From contig NW_026889753.1 of the NCBI RefSeq assembly GCF_033153115.1, forward strand, positions 11,408,001 through 11,472,000: a stretch of 64,000 bases of DNA, written 5' to 3'. This DNA comes from Saccostrea echinata (lineage: Eukaryota). Of this stretch, positions 47,111-61,200 are shown one piece after another (positions within the stretch are counted from its first letter, which is position 1; each line of letters starts with the position of its first letter). Below the pieces are notes generated by a model, which searched no databases, was not told the origin of the DNA, and worked only from the letters and a program-made list of their open reading frames with translations. Made by a program: the position numbers and the translations under genes.

Positions 47111-50100
47111 ATGACATCTCGAAGCGTGCGGAAGGTAACGGAGAGCGTAGAGCAGTCAGAAGGAGAGGGAGATGGAACCACCATCAAGCGGTGCCTCGGG
47201 GACGATGTGGTAAGGCTACCCTTATCCTGTGTTTCCCATCTGGTGGATTTTTATACACGTATATTGCATACATATTTATCATGATTATTTTTATATTCAA
47301 AAGATATAGTTGATCTGAGCTCGTACTTCTGAGCATTGTTTTGTGTTTAATTTTGATATTTACTGTTTACTATAAAGCACAATGTATTTTTTGTGATCAG
47401 TCAAACATAATTGACAGTTTTATTTTGTTTTTTTTAGTGGATAATGTTAAACACTAACAAATGAGATCATAATAACATTGTGTTTTTAGTCTGACATTGT
47501 TGACCCATTTCTTATGTTGGACGAGTTTACGGTAAATCCCCCCACTGGTTTCCCTGACCATCCTCACAGAGGCTTTGAACTGGTGAGTCACTTGATGTCA
47601 AATGAAAGACTAGTGTTTATTTTATTGTGTATTTTATCAGGGACAATTTTGGGCATATGATTTTTAAAATATGTAACAAATCTCAAAGTGGTACATGTAC
47701 TGCAGTGTAAATTCTATTCTAATGAAAAATACCAGTATGAAATCATACTGAGTGACTTAATTGTTATAGTTTTTTTTTTTAATTTTTCATAAGTTAATTT
47801 TAATCATGTATTACTGACTATGAATATAAACTAAAGTCCTTCAACATGTTCAAAGCAGAAGGTAGATGATATCAAAGACAGGGAAAATCCCTCACAAACC
47901 ATATCAGGATTTTTTTTTTTAAATAAGAAACTGACATATCAGGCAGTATATGATATGCACCGTATATTGTGTTGTAGGTTTCCTATATTTTAAAAGGCAC
48001 TGGTCAGCATGAGGATTTTTTAGGAAATAAAGGAAAGCTAAAGACTGGGGATGTTCAGGTAGCTATTTATGTAAAATCCTGTGTAAACTAATCTTCATGT
48101 TATCTGGAAAGGAAAAGGGAGGAGGGGGGGGTGTTAATGCAAATGAACAGGACAGATAATAAATCTCTGGGAATCAAGATGGAGAAAAAAAAGCAGTGCT
48201 TCACATTTAATCACTTGATGAAATCTCAACCAGTTTTTAGATAAATTATTAAACACAATGTTAAAACTTCTCACCCAAATCAGATGCTGCATTCATTGTT
48301 CTTTATGCCTATTGGCTAAGATTGTCAGATGGATACCTTTATGGCATATCTCTTCAGATTTAAGTGACATTTTAACAGTTTTTGAATCATAATGTGTGTT
48401 ATATTTTATGACATTGAATGCAATGTTGCATCTATTACTGACTTTAGTGGCTGACTGCTGGACGTGGAATTGTACACTGTGAGTGGTCTTATGGCGAGGA
48501 AAAAGCTCATGGGCTACAGCTGTGGATTAATCTTGCCAAAGAACAGAAAATGCAGGAACCATCATGTCAAGAGATGCTTGCAGATGATATCCCAAGGGCA
48601 TCCAAAGAAGGCATAGAGGTCAAGGTCATTGCTGGAGAGGCATTTGGTGTCAAGGTAAACTTTCTCTAGGGGTCATAGTACTGTTGGAACATTTTATTGC
48701 AAAACTTCATTGTGAGGAAGTATGATTTTAGAAAGTCAGATTTTGATAAATCTTGTCTCCACAGTTTTAGTCCATAATTAATGTACAGATACTTTATTTA
48801 ACGAAGAAGTTTTTCACTTTAAGTTTGTTTACGTGATTACTGCATTTTGAAAAAAAATGCTGTGATATCAAGGTATAAAAGTAAACACCCATGATTTTTT
48901 TTTTTTTTTTTTTGGAAGTTGAAATGTGAAATTTGAATTCTTGAAATTGAAATTCAGTGAATTTACAACATAATCAACTTTAAAATTAAGGCACCTATTT
49001 AAAATGCTAGAGACTAAAGCTAATAATTTTTAGAATTAATTGTGAACTCCTTTTCTTCGTTGCAGTCCAAGATTAGGACCAGGACTCCAACTCTTTATTT
49101 ACATTTTACAATGAATGAAGGCACTAAATTAAGTCAGCCAATTCCCAAAGGCTGGAATGCATTTATTCATGTCCTCTCTGGCAAGGCATTATTTGGTATG
49201 TATTATGAATTTCAAAGCCAAACATATAATGATTCATGCATTGATCTGTTGTTTGTTTCAGAATTTTATCATTTTTGATGCACATGGTCTTAAAATCATT
49301 ATTTAAATGATATGATTTATTGAAAAAATTATTTGCTCTAACTTTAGGTCCAGAGAGCAAAGAAAAACTAGTAAATCCAACCCAGACTGCCATCTTAAAT
49401 GCTGAAGGAGACTGTGTGATAGCTCAAAACCAGGTATTTTGAAACCCAGTAGTATCTTAATTGTATGGTAGCTCAAAACAATAGGAATTTTGATAACTCG
49501 CTCAGTGGTAACTTGTGTGGTAGCTCAAAACCAGGTATTTTGAAACCCAGTGGTATCTTAATTGTATGGTAGCTCAGTGCCACAGGAATTTTGATAAATC
49601 ACTCAGTGGTAACTTGCATGGTAGCTCAAAACCAGGTATTTTGAAACCCACTGGTATCTTAATTGTTTAGTAGCTCAAAACCACAGGAATTTTGATAACT
49701 CACTCAGTGGTTACTTGTGTGGTAGCTCAAAACCAGGTATTTTGAAACCCAGTGGTATTTTAATGGTATATTAGCTCAAAACCAAAGGAATTTTGATAAC
49801 TCACTCAGTGGTAACTTGTGTGGTAGCTCAAAACCAGGTATTTTGAAACCCAGTAGTATCTTAATTGTATGGTAGCTCAAAACCACAGGAATTTGATAAC
49901 TCACTCAGTGGTAACTTGTGTGGTAGCTCAAAACTATATAGGAATTTTGATAACTCACTCAGTGGTATCTTGTGTGGTAGTTCAAAACCAGGTATTTTGA
50001 AACCCAGTAGTATCTTAATTGTATGGTAGCTCAAAACTACCGGTATATAGGAATTTTGATAACTCACTCAGTGGTAACTTGTGTGCTAGCTCAAAACCAG

Positions 50101-52631
50101 CAGACATGCTTATAAAAATTCCTTAAGATGCGTCTTAAGACGTGTCTTAGGATATTACTTAGGACATATCTTAGGACTATTCTAAGACTTGTCTTAGGGT
50201 GTAAAACAAAAGTATCTTAGGAATACCTTTAATTAATATTAAGTTAAGATGTCATAAATTCCGTTCTAAGCAGTTCTCTCTCTTTCTTTATTTGTAAAAC
50301 AAATATTACATGTTCCTAGGTCCATCTTCCATTATAATTATGTATGTGCATATGTAATGGGTGGTGGGGGTAATTTGTTTCAGTCCCCTGGGATTTTTGG
50401 AATTATTAAAAGTATACAGTATACAGAAAAGATGGACCCTTGGTTAAAATGGCAAGGAAAGTAATTTATATGAACATGTTCTGTATATTTGTAAAGACAA
50501 GTGACTTAACCCCCCACTTCCACCCCCTCCCCCCCCCCCCCCCCCCACACACACCTCCCTCACACACACATGAAAAGGTTTACAAGGTTTGAAGAAGTTG
50601 ATATTAAGATAAAAAGTTAAGGGTTTAAATTAGGAAGTCTCATAAGATAGGATAGCTTCGTTGGCCTCACTTTAAGACTAAGATATGTCGTAAGTTCATC
50701 TTAAGAGATGTCTTAGTCCTAAGACAGCTTCATAAGCATGCCTGCAGGTGTTCAGATAACTCGGTGGTAACGTGTAGCTCAAATCCATTTAAACTGATAT
50801 CTTAATGGTAACCTGTGTTGTACAAAGCTCAAAACCGGGTATTCTCATAACTCAGTTGTAACTTTTGTGGTAGCTCAAAACCATTTATTCATTTATTCTG
50901 ATAACTAGGTGGTAAACATGAGTAATGGCTCAAAATCAAGTACTACAGTATTCTGATAACTCTGTGGTAACTTGTCAACTTGGCCCAAAAAGGGAGGGGG
51001 GGGGGGTTGTTCATTTGAAAAAAATTCTGATACTGGTACATGGATATCAATTATATTGGTGCTTGTGATACATTAATGAATGACTTCTTCCTTTCCAGTG
51101 GTCTGATCCGTGCAGTTTTATTCTCCTGGCAGGTCAACCATTAAATGAACCTGTGGCTCAACAAGGTTGGTTTTCTCACCTGTTGAACCAGCTGGTGACA
51201 AGTCCTCACATGCTTGTTTTCTCTCTGCTTTGAGAATTACAAAAAATTGCTAATTGTCAGAATCAAGTCAAGTTCTCACAAAAAGAACTTTTTTATGCAA
51301 TTCTTCTCATAAGTTTTTTTTTATAAGTTATAGGCATTTGCAATAGGTAATTATGAATAATTAGGTCCCCGCTCTGCGGGCACCGTATAGTGATCAGTCT
51401 GTCCATCCGTCCGTCTGTCCTTCCGTCCGTCCAAGATCTCTTGTCCGGAGCATATCTTCTCTCTCTCCTTGGCCCAATCTGGCTCATACTTCACCCACAG
51501 AGTGTCCTTGGATAAAGGGTGTGCAGTGACCTTGAACCATGTTTCCAGGTCTAAGGATAAGGTCATAGCAGAATTATATGAAAAATCCTTGTCCGGAGCA
51601 TATCTTCTCTCCTGTTGATCCAATTTGGCTCATACTTCACTCACAGAGTGCAACTGGTCAATGGATATGCAGTGACCTTGAACGAAGTTTCTAGGTCAAG
51701 GGTCAAGGTCAAAAATAGTCTCTCTGTTTAAATTCTTGTCTGGAGCATATTTTCTCTCTCATTGGCCCAATCTGGCTCATATTTCACCCACAGAGTTCCT
51801 TTGGGTAAAGGGTGTGCAGTGACCTTGAACCATGTTTCTAGGTCTAAGGTTAAGATCATAGCAGAATTATATGAAAAATCCTTATCCGGAGCATATCTTC
51901 TCTCCCCTTGGTCCAATGTGGCTCATACTTCACTCACAGAGTGCCACTGGTCAATGGATGTGCAGTGACCTTGAATGAAGTTTCTTGGTCAAGGTCAAAA
52001 ATAGCCTCTCTGTTTAAAATCTTTGTTCGGTGCATAATTTCTTTCCCTTAAGTCCAGTCAGCCTCAAACTTTACCAATTGACTTAGGGTACGGAACATTT
52101 GTGATCTTCCTTCCATATTTTGATAGAGGATATGCAACAAATTTCATAGAGGATATGCAACATTCGTGATTTTTGTGCCGTTTTTTTGATAGAGGGTATG
52201 GAGCACTCGTGATTTTTGTGCCATTTTTTATTATAACAAGGATGACATAGAAGCCCTTTAGACTCAAACAACACATCCCTTAATAGTACACAAATGTTCC
52301 TCTTCAAAATAAACCCTTTTCAACTACCTTACATTTTCATGTTCGTTGCTGAAAGCGGGGCCCTTTGAGATGGCCACCATCTCAATGATATCTAATTTCC
52401 ATGGTAATTTCCACATCCATGTATTTAACAGATACAGTGTACTTCAAGCCAACTTTTGTTTCTGAGCAAGATTAAGGTTTGTTAAATTTTAATGCATGCT
52501 TGTTTTCAGGTCCATTTGTGATGAACACAGAGGAGGAACTTCACCAGGCCTTGGAGGATTATAAATCATGCATCAATGGATTTGAGCAGGCACGTTCCTG
52601 GCAGTCCAGTTTCCTACAAAGCAACAGCTGA
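47111..52631 (+). CDS. PIR: Pirin (bicupin, iron-binding), paralogue 1, about 294 aa, 8 coding exons
   Basis: Exons 47111-47209, 47490-47582, 47978-48058, 48448-48654, 49066-49195, 49348-49433, 51099-51165, 52510-52631; all GT-AG and phase-compatible. Motifs DPFLMLDEF, GFPDHPHRGFE, QWLTAGRGIVHCE, GLQLWINL, GQPLNEPVAQQGPFVMNT. Confidence 0.93.
49412..50978 (+). repeat. 101 bp tandem array (a dimer of about 50 bp subunits) built from the pirin 1 exon 6/intron 6 junction
   Basis: TGTGTGGTAGCTCAAAACCAG|GTATTTTGAAACCCAG repeated; degenerate units continue after the MITE to about 50978. Confidence 0.9.
50101..50744. mobile_element. MITE with CAG target-site duplication inserted into the array
   Basis: CAGACATGCTTAT / ATAAGCATGCCTG; flanking CAG on both sides; CTTAAG/CTTAGG subterminal repeats. 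Confidence 0.8.
51360..52398 (+). mobile_element. HINE-like element in pirin 1 intron 7
   Basis: TTAGGTCCCCGCTCTGCGGG, (CCGT)n, units of about 150 bp with TGACCTTGAAC, and 3' GCGGGGCCC..GAGATGGCCACCATCTC hairpin. Confidence 0.8.
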
Positions 52632-55161
52632 TCTCATTAATTTCTAGTCCCAAAAGTTTTTATTTTTATGAAGAATGCAAGATGATTATGTATAATATTA
52701 TACATTTTGTTTTTATTTTATGCAACTATTGATTTTTACATTCCACTTATATATACAAGACACTGCAGAAAGGAATAATACTAAGTAATTGACAAGATTG
52801 AATTCCTGGTAGCGGTAATTCTGCTATTCTTTCTGATCATCTCAACATTACAATTTCTCGCTACTTGCCATCAGTATGTAATGTTGGCCAGAATTTACTC
52901 TCTATGGGGAACAACTGTAGTAGCCCTGGATGTGATATTTTTAGCAACATTGTTATTGGAAAGAGGCATAAAATTGTAAAATTGCAGTATGGTCTAAAAA
53001 AAAAAGTTGCAATGTAGATGAAAAATATTAGTTCCCTGCAAAGTATCGTCTATAATGATATTTTCATAAATCCTTTATGCTGTATATATTTTTTTCTGTG
53101 CCAATAATGTTCTCTAAGAATTAAAACTAAAGATGTTATTCAGGTGTTTTAAAATACTCTATAATACAACCGAAAAAGCATTTTTTATCAAATGTTTATG
53201 AACTATGTGTAATCTTTAAATAGTACTTTTAACCTGTATGTTGTGTTGTTAGAAGTCACATATACATCCCACATTATCAGGGAAGGGTGTTTTTTTTTTT
53301 TTTACTTATGTCTAAATATTCAAAATCAGAAGATGGAGAATGATAAACCTGTATACTTATCAGAACTCAGGATTGTAGTTATTTGATTAAATTATTAAGT
53401 GATGTCAAGTGGAAACCATGTTTCTAGGAAATTTCCTATACATGTTACAGCTTTATCTCCCTTTAATTGCAGTTCTGTTTTGATAATAGCGGACGAGGAG
53501 TTGTATTTTAAAAGTGATGATATTTATTTTCTTTTTCAAAATCATTTGTTTTGTTTTTTTCATTGTGGTACAAACATGTACATGCCCCTTAGTTCATAGT
53601 GGAAAGATTTTATATTGATTAAAAATAACCAGCAAAGCTTGGGGATGTTAAGTAATCGCAGCATGATTCTCTGTCTAAAAAGCTGAAAACAAAACTGCTG
53701 TGAAAATGAACACTTTATACAGTTACACAAAGTCAGTAGTATTAAATATACATTCTTTATTTTAAAACTATATGTTTCCTCAGTTTAAAAGACTGCTGAC
53801 AGAAATATAATCACAATAGATAGCTTCAATTATTCTAAGCTTCTGGATTTTTTTTTGGGAGAGAGAGAGAGAGAGGGTAGGGTTGCATCCCTTGATAATG
53901 CTCACTTTATCACTTTTCATTGTTTTTATTCTCGCAGGAAAATTTGATGATTTGGTGCTGTCACAATGCACAGTTATAGTGCACAAGTTCATCTCTTTTT
54001 ATTATATACATCTGTGTTCATACCTGTTTAGTATTTTCAAAAAGCAGATTTATTGGAATCTTTTAGATATGTAAAAATTAAATTTTGTATTTTTTTCTTA
54101 TACAATTTGTCAAATAAATACAAATTATTTGCTTTTTTTTTACTCGTTGAAATTTTGTTAAATGTGTCCAATATTTTGTTCAAATAAGGGTGTTTATTAT
54201 CTAGTATGCAAGTTTACCAGTCAGACACAGTTATAAACATTGAACTAGGAAAGTTAATTACCTGGAAATTCTTATATATAAGAAATCTTTATAATTCTCT
54301 TATCTTTCACAATTAATTCTTCTAAATTGTCATTGCAAATTGAGATTTGATTCAGAAATTTTGTTGTAGGCTATAAATTGACATAATTGTATGTTTTAAT
54401 AATTCTTTGATCAATTAAAAGATAGATGCGTGGTTGAAAACATGATACATTTAATAACTTCAGCACATATTGCCCTTGATGTGGTTATTTAAAGTAATGA
54501 CCAACCAGGAAAAACATTATTTTGAATGATGTTTTTTTTTTTCAGTGTGTTTTGTATGAGACATTTTAGACTTTGTGTGTTAGCTAGTTTAAAGATCAAT
54601 GTTTCTTGTTATTAATAGTTATATTTCCCCTACTTTTATACACTGCTTATTGTTTTCCTTTGTTATGTTCACCTTTATTAGTTCTCTCAGAGCATTCTGT
54701 TGTTTGAAGATGAAAGTTTGAAATCAATAAAGTTATGATTAAAATAACATTGGATGAATGTGTAATACATATATGTATAATAATTACATATAATATAGGA
54801 TTATTTAATTTGTAGTTGGGTTAAATTTTTAGCTCACCTTCACAATGTGGAGATGAGCTTAGCTCACCTTCACAATGTGGAGATGAGCTTATACTATACC
54901 CTCAGTATTGGCATCCCCCAGTTTAAGTGTAAGGAGCAAGTACTTTCCATAAAAGCCGTACCACTACCTGGATTAAACTTGCATGGACGATGCATCTAGA
55001 GCACCTACCAGAACTGCTTCAGATGCTGCATCAGACCTACGTTTTCTGGAAGATTAAGCAGGTTTAAGTTTTTGGAGCAATAAATAAATAAAGCATGTAA
55101 CAATAGACATACATAATTTTGAAAAATACTAGACATTATTCCATAAACACACAGGTTGAGG

Positions 55162-55297
55162 TAGTACGAAATATCTTACGTTTTCCAGGCTGTTTGCACA
55201 ATTTAGGTATTTTACGTGCCATGCAGGAAAACTTTTCCTGGCACGTCAAATCAAAATCGTAAAAAAAAAACTGGAAAACAACAGATATTTTGGACTA
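55162..55297. mobile_element. Short palindromic MITE with a 9 bp target-site duplication
   Basis: TAGTACGAAATATCT...TTTTCCAG / CTGGAAAAC...AGATATTTTGGACTA, flanked by AGGTTGAGG and GGGTTGAGG. Confidence 0.7.
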
Positions 55298-55740
55298 GGG
55301 TTGAGGAAGATGCAAATCAATTTGTGAAATGAAATCGGTAGATAAAAATGTGGTGTAAGGAAGCTCTAAACACCTAACAAAAAGTGCTTTTTGGACTTGG
55401 AGAAAAATATATCACATAATGATGTGCATATTAAGATTATTTAGTTCATTTTCAGCATAAGGTACCTGCCTTATTTCTGCAGAAAAAATGTTCAAAGACA
55501 ACGGACTATTTGTGAACATGTAGAAATCACTGTTGTTAACTTACATTGGGAAAATTAATGGAAATAATGAATTCATGCAATTACTTATTTTTGGTCGAAT
55601 ATAATGTTAAGAATATTTAAATCTATTACAATGTAATTAACTGAAAAAAAAACATTTTCTTCCATTTTACTTCTAAGGCGAAATCACTCTAACTACATAA
55701 AACTACCCTACAAGTAGAACTCTTCAGTCTGCAGTGTTTA

Positions 55741-57737
55741 GGCCAAAGTTTTTTTTTCCATTGGTTTACGATTCCGCCGACCCTAATTTTCACCAATCAT
55801 GAAAATAAAAATAATGACTTTTTCCGACATATTTTTCCGGATTTTTCTCAGCTGAACTGGTGGGTTTTAAATTTTAGAATGCATCTTAGTCGAATAAGCG
55901 CTTATAAATATATGAGACCTTTACAAACATTTAGTTGACCGTAAATAAACACATGTGCGAAGCAAAAATGGCGGTTCTGTCATGTAACAAGGTAATTCCT
56001 CACTGAAAGCAATGACACACACTTAAAGAACTTTTTCTGCATGAAAAAGTGAATAAAATATTGGATGCATGATCCCTTTCTCCAATTGCAATGTCTCAAT
56101 TGGCTAAATTCATACCGTAATATTGGAGAGTTTATGCCCAACCCTGATCGACCTAGCAGACACGGTTACACCTATAGATAACAATGATTTATCAGTGCCT
56201 TCTCAGGGGCCGAAATTCGGCCCCATTTTCAATTGAAAATGAGTTCAGTTTTTGCCAATTTGGCAGTATTTTTTGCCAATTGGTGAACAATGCTTTTATT
56301 TTTAATTATCTTGAAAAATCACAAAGTAAAATTGTCAGACTGTCTGTAATTTTCATCTATTTAACTCATTTAGCAAAGCTACAGTCATAACACATGTTTA
56401 AAAACACTGTAAAAACATCGCCAACTTTTAATCCGAATTTCCTCCGTTTTTCTAAAAAAGATGATACTATGTAATTATATAGATTTATTAAGTTATTTCC
56501 ACCTACTCAATTGACCTGCGAGTGAATGGTAAGGACTTTAGGCATTATTTCAGATAGAAAAATATATTTTCAATGCATTGATACATATTAAAAGAGGACT
56601 TTTAGAAAATGTGTACTTGGTATAATTTTTTGCAGGAGGTTTATAATCTCCAGAAACAGATACTACATGACCTAAATTGAAATCTCATACACACATGTAC
56701 TACCCTAAGTTGTATAAATGCTTTACACTCATTGAAGTCCAATTTACTTTTATTAGTCTTTTATTCATAATTGATCTTGTATGATGAAGATGGATCATAT
56801 TTAATTGTCGTTTGGTTGCCCAAATTAGAGTTCATGCTGAAATGTTAAATGAATTACCCCTGAATACAGGATTTAAATTTTTTCCATTTTCATCAAATAG
56901 CCGATAATTTATTCCCAATTCCCCAAAAATGGTGTTTCCCAAAATAGGCTGATAAATCCATTGATAATAGTTAGGCCAATTTAGTGTTGAGAGATACATC
57001 TTAGTTGAAGTAACGCTGACTGGTATTTCAGTGGATAAATTCAAATGTGTATAAAACATTTGTTATTCTTATATAGAAGTAAATTCAATATACAAATCTT
57101 TGCAAATTTCATACTCAATTGAGATCAAAGCCCTTTGAATTACTAAGTAAATAATGAGCATTGCCTACTGTGCATGTACATAACAAAAATTTTAAGAAGG
57201 ACTTGATGGAGAAATTATTAGGCTATTGTGCCGCAGGTTGAACTTTAAATTTGATAGCTGCATGATCAAATTATTATAACCTTTATTTCAACAGTGTCAA
57301 TTACTTTTGATATTGTTAAACAATTAAATCGTATTTTTCATCAATCTAAATTTAACTTAAATTTGGATCCTTATTTTTAGTTTGTGGGGATACCGAGGTT
57401 TATAACACATCACATATCACTGAAGAGCACAAAAAGAAGTTGAACATCATGAACCAAGCACTGATTGACAAACAAAAATCAGAACTATATGTAAATGAAA
57501 ATGACATTCAGTCTATAGTTAGAAAGGAATCAAAATTTAATAAAAAGAGTTATGTGATCTAGACAATAAAACTTAAAAGTACTATTGACGTGTATTATTT
57601 TTTATTAAAATAAACATTGCTGGTATTTTAAAATGAAACTGTTGAATCCTAAATTATTTTTATTTTTATTTTTCGACCACCCAATGCATTTTTTTGAGAC
57701 AGAAAATCGTAAACCAAAAAAAATAAAAACTTTGGCC
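55741..57737. mobile_element. PIF/Harbinger-type non-autonomous element between the pirin genes
   Basis: GGCCAAAGTTTTT / AAAAACTTTGGCC termini with TTA duplication. Confidence 0.75.
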
Positions 57738-58296
57738 TTAGAAGCTTCCTTAAATTTTTGTTTTTATTTGGAAGAGGAAGTTTTATTGTATACATGTACT
57801 AAAATCATACAGAAACATGTCAATTTAGTTTGAGGTGCACCTGAAAATGTTACATAACTGTTATACGTTACATTAACATTACATTATATATATATTATAC
57901 ATTAAATTACATAAATGTATAAGTACGTTATGCATGCTTTTTCTTTTCATTCACCAGATATGTAAAAAAGAAATGAAAAAATGTGAATACTATGGTTTAA
58001 AATCTTTATGAAACATTATACATGTAGGAAAAGAAATAGGCCTATTACAGTTCATCCCAATATTTTCGTTTTGATCCGCCTCCTCTGTGTCTACTCGGCA
58101 TACCTTGGTTGATTACATCATCAACAAAATACATTCCCGAGGTGAGCCGAATGGGGCCCGCTCTTCTGTGATTGGAAACAATGAAAGGTCGTAGGATTGT
58201 TTACTTCAGAAAGTTTTCTGACAATATCATGAATATGGTCAATCAAAACAAGTGTATGACTAATATCAATTGGTTTGAACCAGTGTTGTGTTTATA

Positions 58297-61200
58297 ATGA
58301 AGGCTAAGACTGTATCAAAAGCTTTACTGACGGTGGAGGAGGATGTAGGGCCCGGAGCAAAAGTCAGACGGGGTGTAGGAAGACCTGAGGTACCCGGTAA
58401 CGGGACGTTTCGCCCCAATTGATGTTTCGCGCCAAGACCATTCGCCCCTGAAGACCTTTCGCGCCGAGACGTTTCGCGCCCGATTTAATCTTCATTGTCT
58501 ATAACGATATAAATACGATATGTTTTAAGATAAATATTTACATATAAGGTTAATATTGACTTTATTAAAAAAAGTTCTAAAGTTACTAAAAAAAACTTTC
58601 ATGTCTGTTTAAATTGTTGAAAATAGGCTTATACCATAATTAAAGGTATAATTATCCATGTGCAGATATAATTATGTTTATTCAGCAATCATAATTGTCT
58701 GATTCAGTTTTGTAATTAAGGTGTTATAATTTGGTTTTCAGTGTCCGCAGGGACTTATAGGTCCTTATAGGTCCCTGCGGTGTCAGGTGTTAAGTATAAC
58801 CCATATAAATTGGTATTATTGATTGAACCAATTGATTGGATTAATATAACACAGTATAAAAGTTAAGAAGTTGATAATTGCTGTTAACAAGTGATAATTG
58901 CCACATAATTAATTGATTGATCTTCGGTGCGAACCGTCCTGGGGCGAAACGTCTCAGCGCGAATGGTCTTTTGGGGCGAACCGTCCCGCAGTTTGTGTTT
59001 TACGGCACGAGCGCACCACTGTTTTACGTCTCCCGCAGCAGGATGAGATTTTGATTGTCTGTTTCACCGATTATCTGTCTGTCACAAAATCGTATACGAG
59101 CTATTTTCAATCATAACTCCCGAACTCTTAATTTGAATGAATCAAAAGTTTTAGTTTGTTAATTTGTTGTAGATGACCTACATGTACAGAGTGTGTTATG
59201 ACCATTACAGGTCATATTTCAAAGGTCATGGTCACTGGAAAATAAGGAAGTAAACAGTGTATCGACTACTATTGAACAGGTCAGGTACAATCTCTTGATT
59301 TAGCTATATAGCTTGAAATAGCTATATAGCTTTATTAAGCTATGCAAAATAGCTTGATTTAGCTAATTATATGCAGTTTTTCAGAAAAATGTTTTTTGTA
59401 AGAAATAGACAAAAAGTCGCAAGTATTTGATTATTCATATATGTACTATGGGCTATCAAAACAACAACCGAAATCAAAAATAGTTCTAACATTGCAGCAT
59501 TTGAATACTCAGCAAAAGCTGAATTTCCATTGTTTGAGTAACTGCATGTACACTACCTTGTTTGCGTTGAGGCGTGGAGAAGTATGATTGCCTCTCATTG
59601 TACTGAATTATTACCAATCAATTATCTTGTTGACCATAATTGGCCTTCTTTATAATTTCACTGAAGAAGTAACTGTGTGGTCACATTTACCAATTGCCCC
59701 AAAACTTTCAGAACTTTGAGTACAAAGTCTCTCAAGGAGACACAATTTGATGAGTGATTTTTACATGCATTATTTTCAGAAGAGTTCAATATTATCACTA
59801 CACCAAGAGCAACTTTTTGTACATGCTGAAAAAATAACACATTAAGAAAAAAGTGTGATGAAATAGCTAAATCAAGCTATTCTGGATAGCTTAACAAAGC
59901 TATATAGCTAAATCAAGCTATATAGCTAAATCAAGCTATATAGCTAAATCAAGAAATTGTGCTGGACCTGTTGAATCTATGGTTGGAAATGGTTCAATCT
60001 GAAGTTTGTTGTTGCAGATGGCACAAAGTTTTGACATGTTCTCAATTTAATAAGGTCATATGTTAAAGGTCAAGGTCACTTGACATAGATATTATATAGA
60101 AATCACGTCTTGGCAATTACTCTAGGACTCGGGATGGGAATGTATTTAAACTTGAATATATTGATGATCATCCATAGGCATGTTCTTGTCAAAATTCAAG
60201 ATTAAGGCTACTTAACAATGTAGTTGTAAAGATTATGTCTGGTCCATAACATTGGAGCTGTTGATTGGAATAAACCTAAACATGTGGGTAGAATTTACTT
60301 TACCGGTCCCCAGATCCGCAAGATCCGTGCACTCATTGCACTATGATGTAAGATAAACGTCACTCAACTGATAAGGGTTAGTCTTGCACACTACTCGACT
60401 GGTTAGGGTTAGTCTTGCACCGACCTGAGAGACAAGGTTTAGTTCTTGCAGAAATATTTGACTGATTAGGGTTAGTCTCGCATCCATCCGAGAGATTAGG
60501 GTTATTCCTCGCACATTATTTGTCTGCTTAGGGTTAGTCTAGCATCCACTTGTGAGATTTGGGTTAGTCTTCCCTAACCATTTGAGAGATTAGAGTTAGT
60601 GTCTTGTTCTTTTAGATTATTAAGCATTTCAGTTGCATCTGTATTTTTTGCAAGATCTTAATTCAGCTTCAACAACATCTCATTGGTTTGTTTACATGAA
60701 AAAATGGCTAAGTACAAAAGAAACTTCACTAAGCATGCGGCTCACGTGCTTTGTTGACTTTTTTTTTTTTGTCGATTTTTCAGTGAATAAACAATATTTA
60801 TTTAATTTTTTCAGAGAACTAGGTTAAAAACTTAGTTTAAAAACAAAAGTTTTAAACTAAACTTTAACCATAGAATTCGATTTTAGGACCAAAAAGGCCA
60901 AAAACCTCATACTTTAATTTTTTTTCGATTGCTCACGCGATCTCATAATTTATATACTTAAGTCACTTCAGCACGTTTTTCTGGGGACTGGTAAAGTAAA
61001 GTCATATTCCAAACGTGTTAGTGTTAATTAACCAATCTCATTAAAATTAGATCCTTTGAACCACTCACGTACAGATTGCTTCACATTATTATTTTTTAGC
61101 AATAATACCGGTATATCATTTTGTTTTGTTTTTTTAATTTATTTTTTAGTTGAAAACTTTTGATCCATTCCTGTTGTTTGATGAATTCACAGACAAATTA

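Noticed and set aside
49412-50100. CRISPR-like array or the coding ORF 49861-50067
   Set aside because: Pure tandem repeat of a splice junction with no unique spacers.
60370-60605. CRISPR-like repeat-spacer appearance
   Set aside because: Eukaryotic intron, repeats degenerate, spacers short and related to each other, no cas genes.
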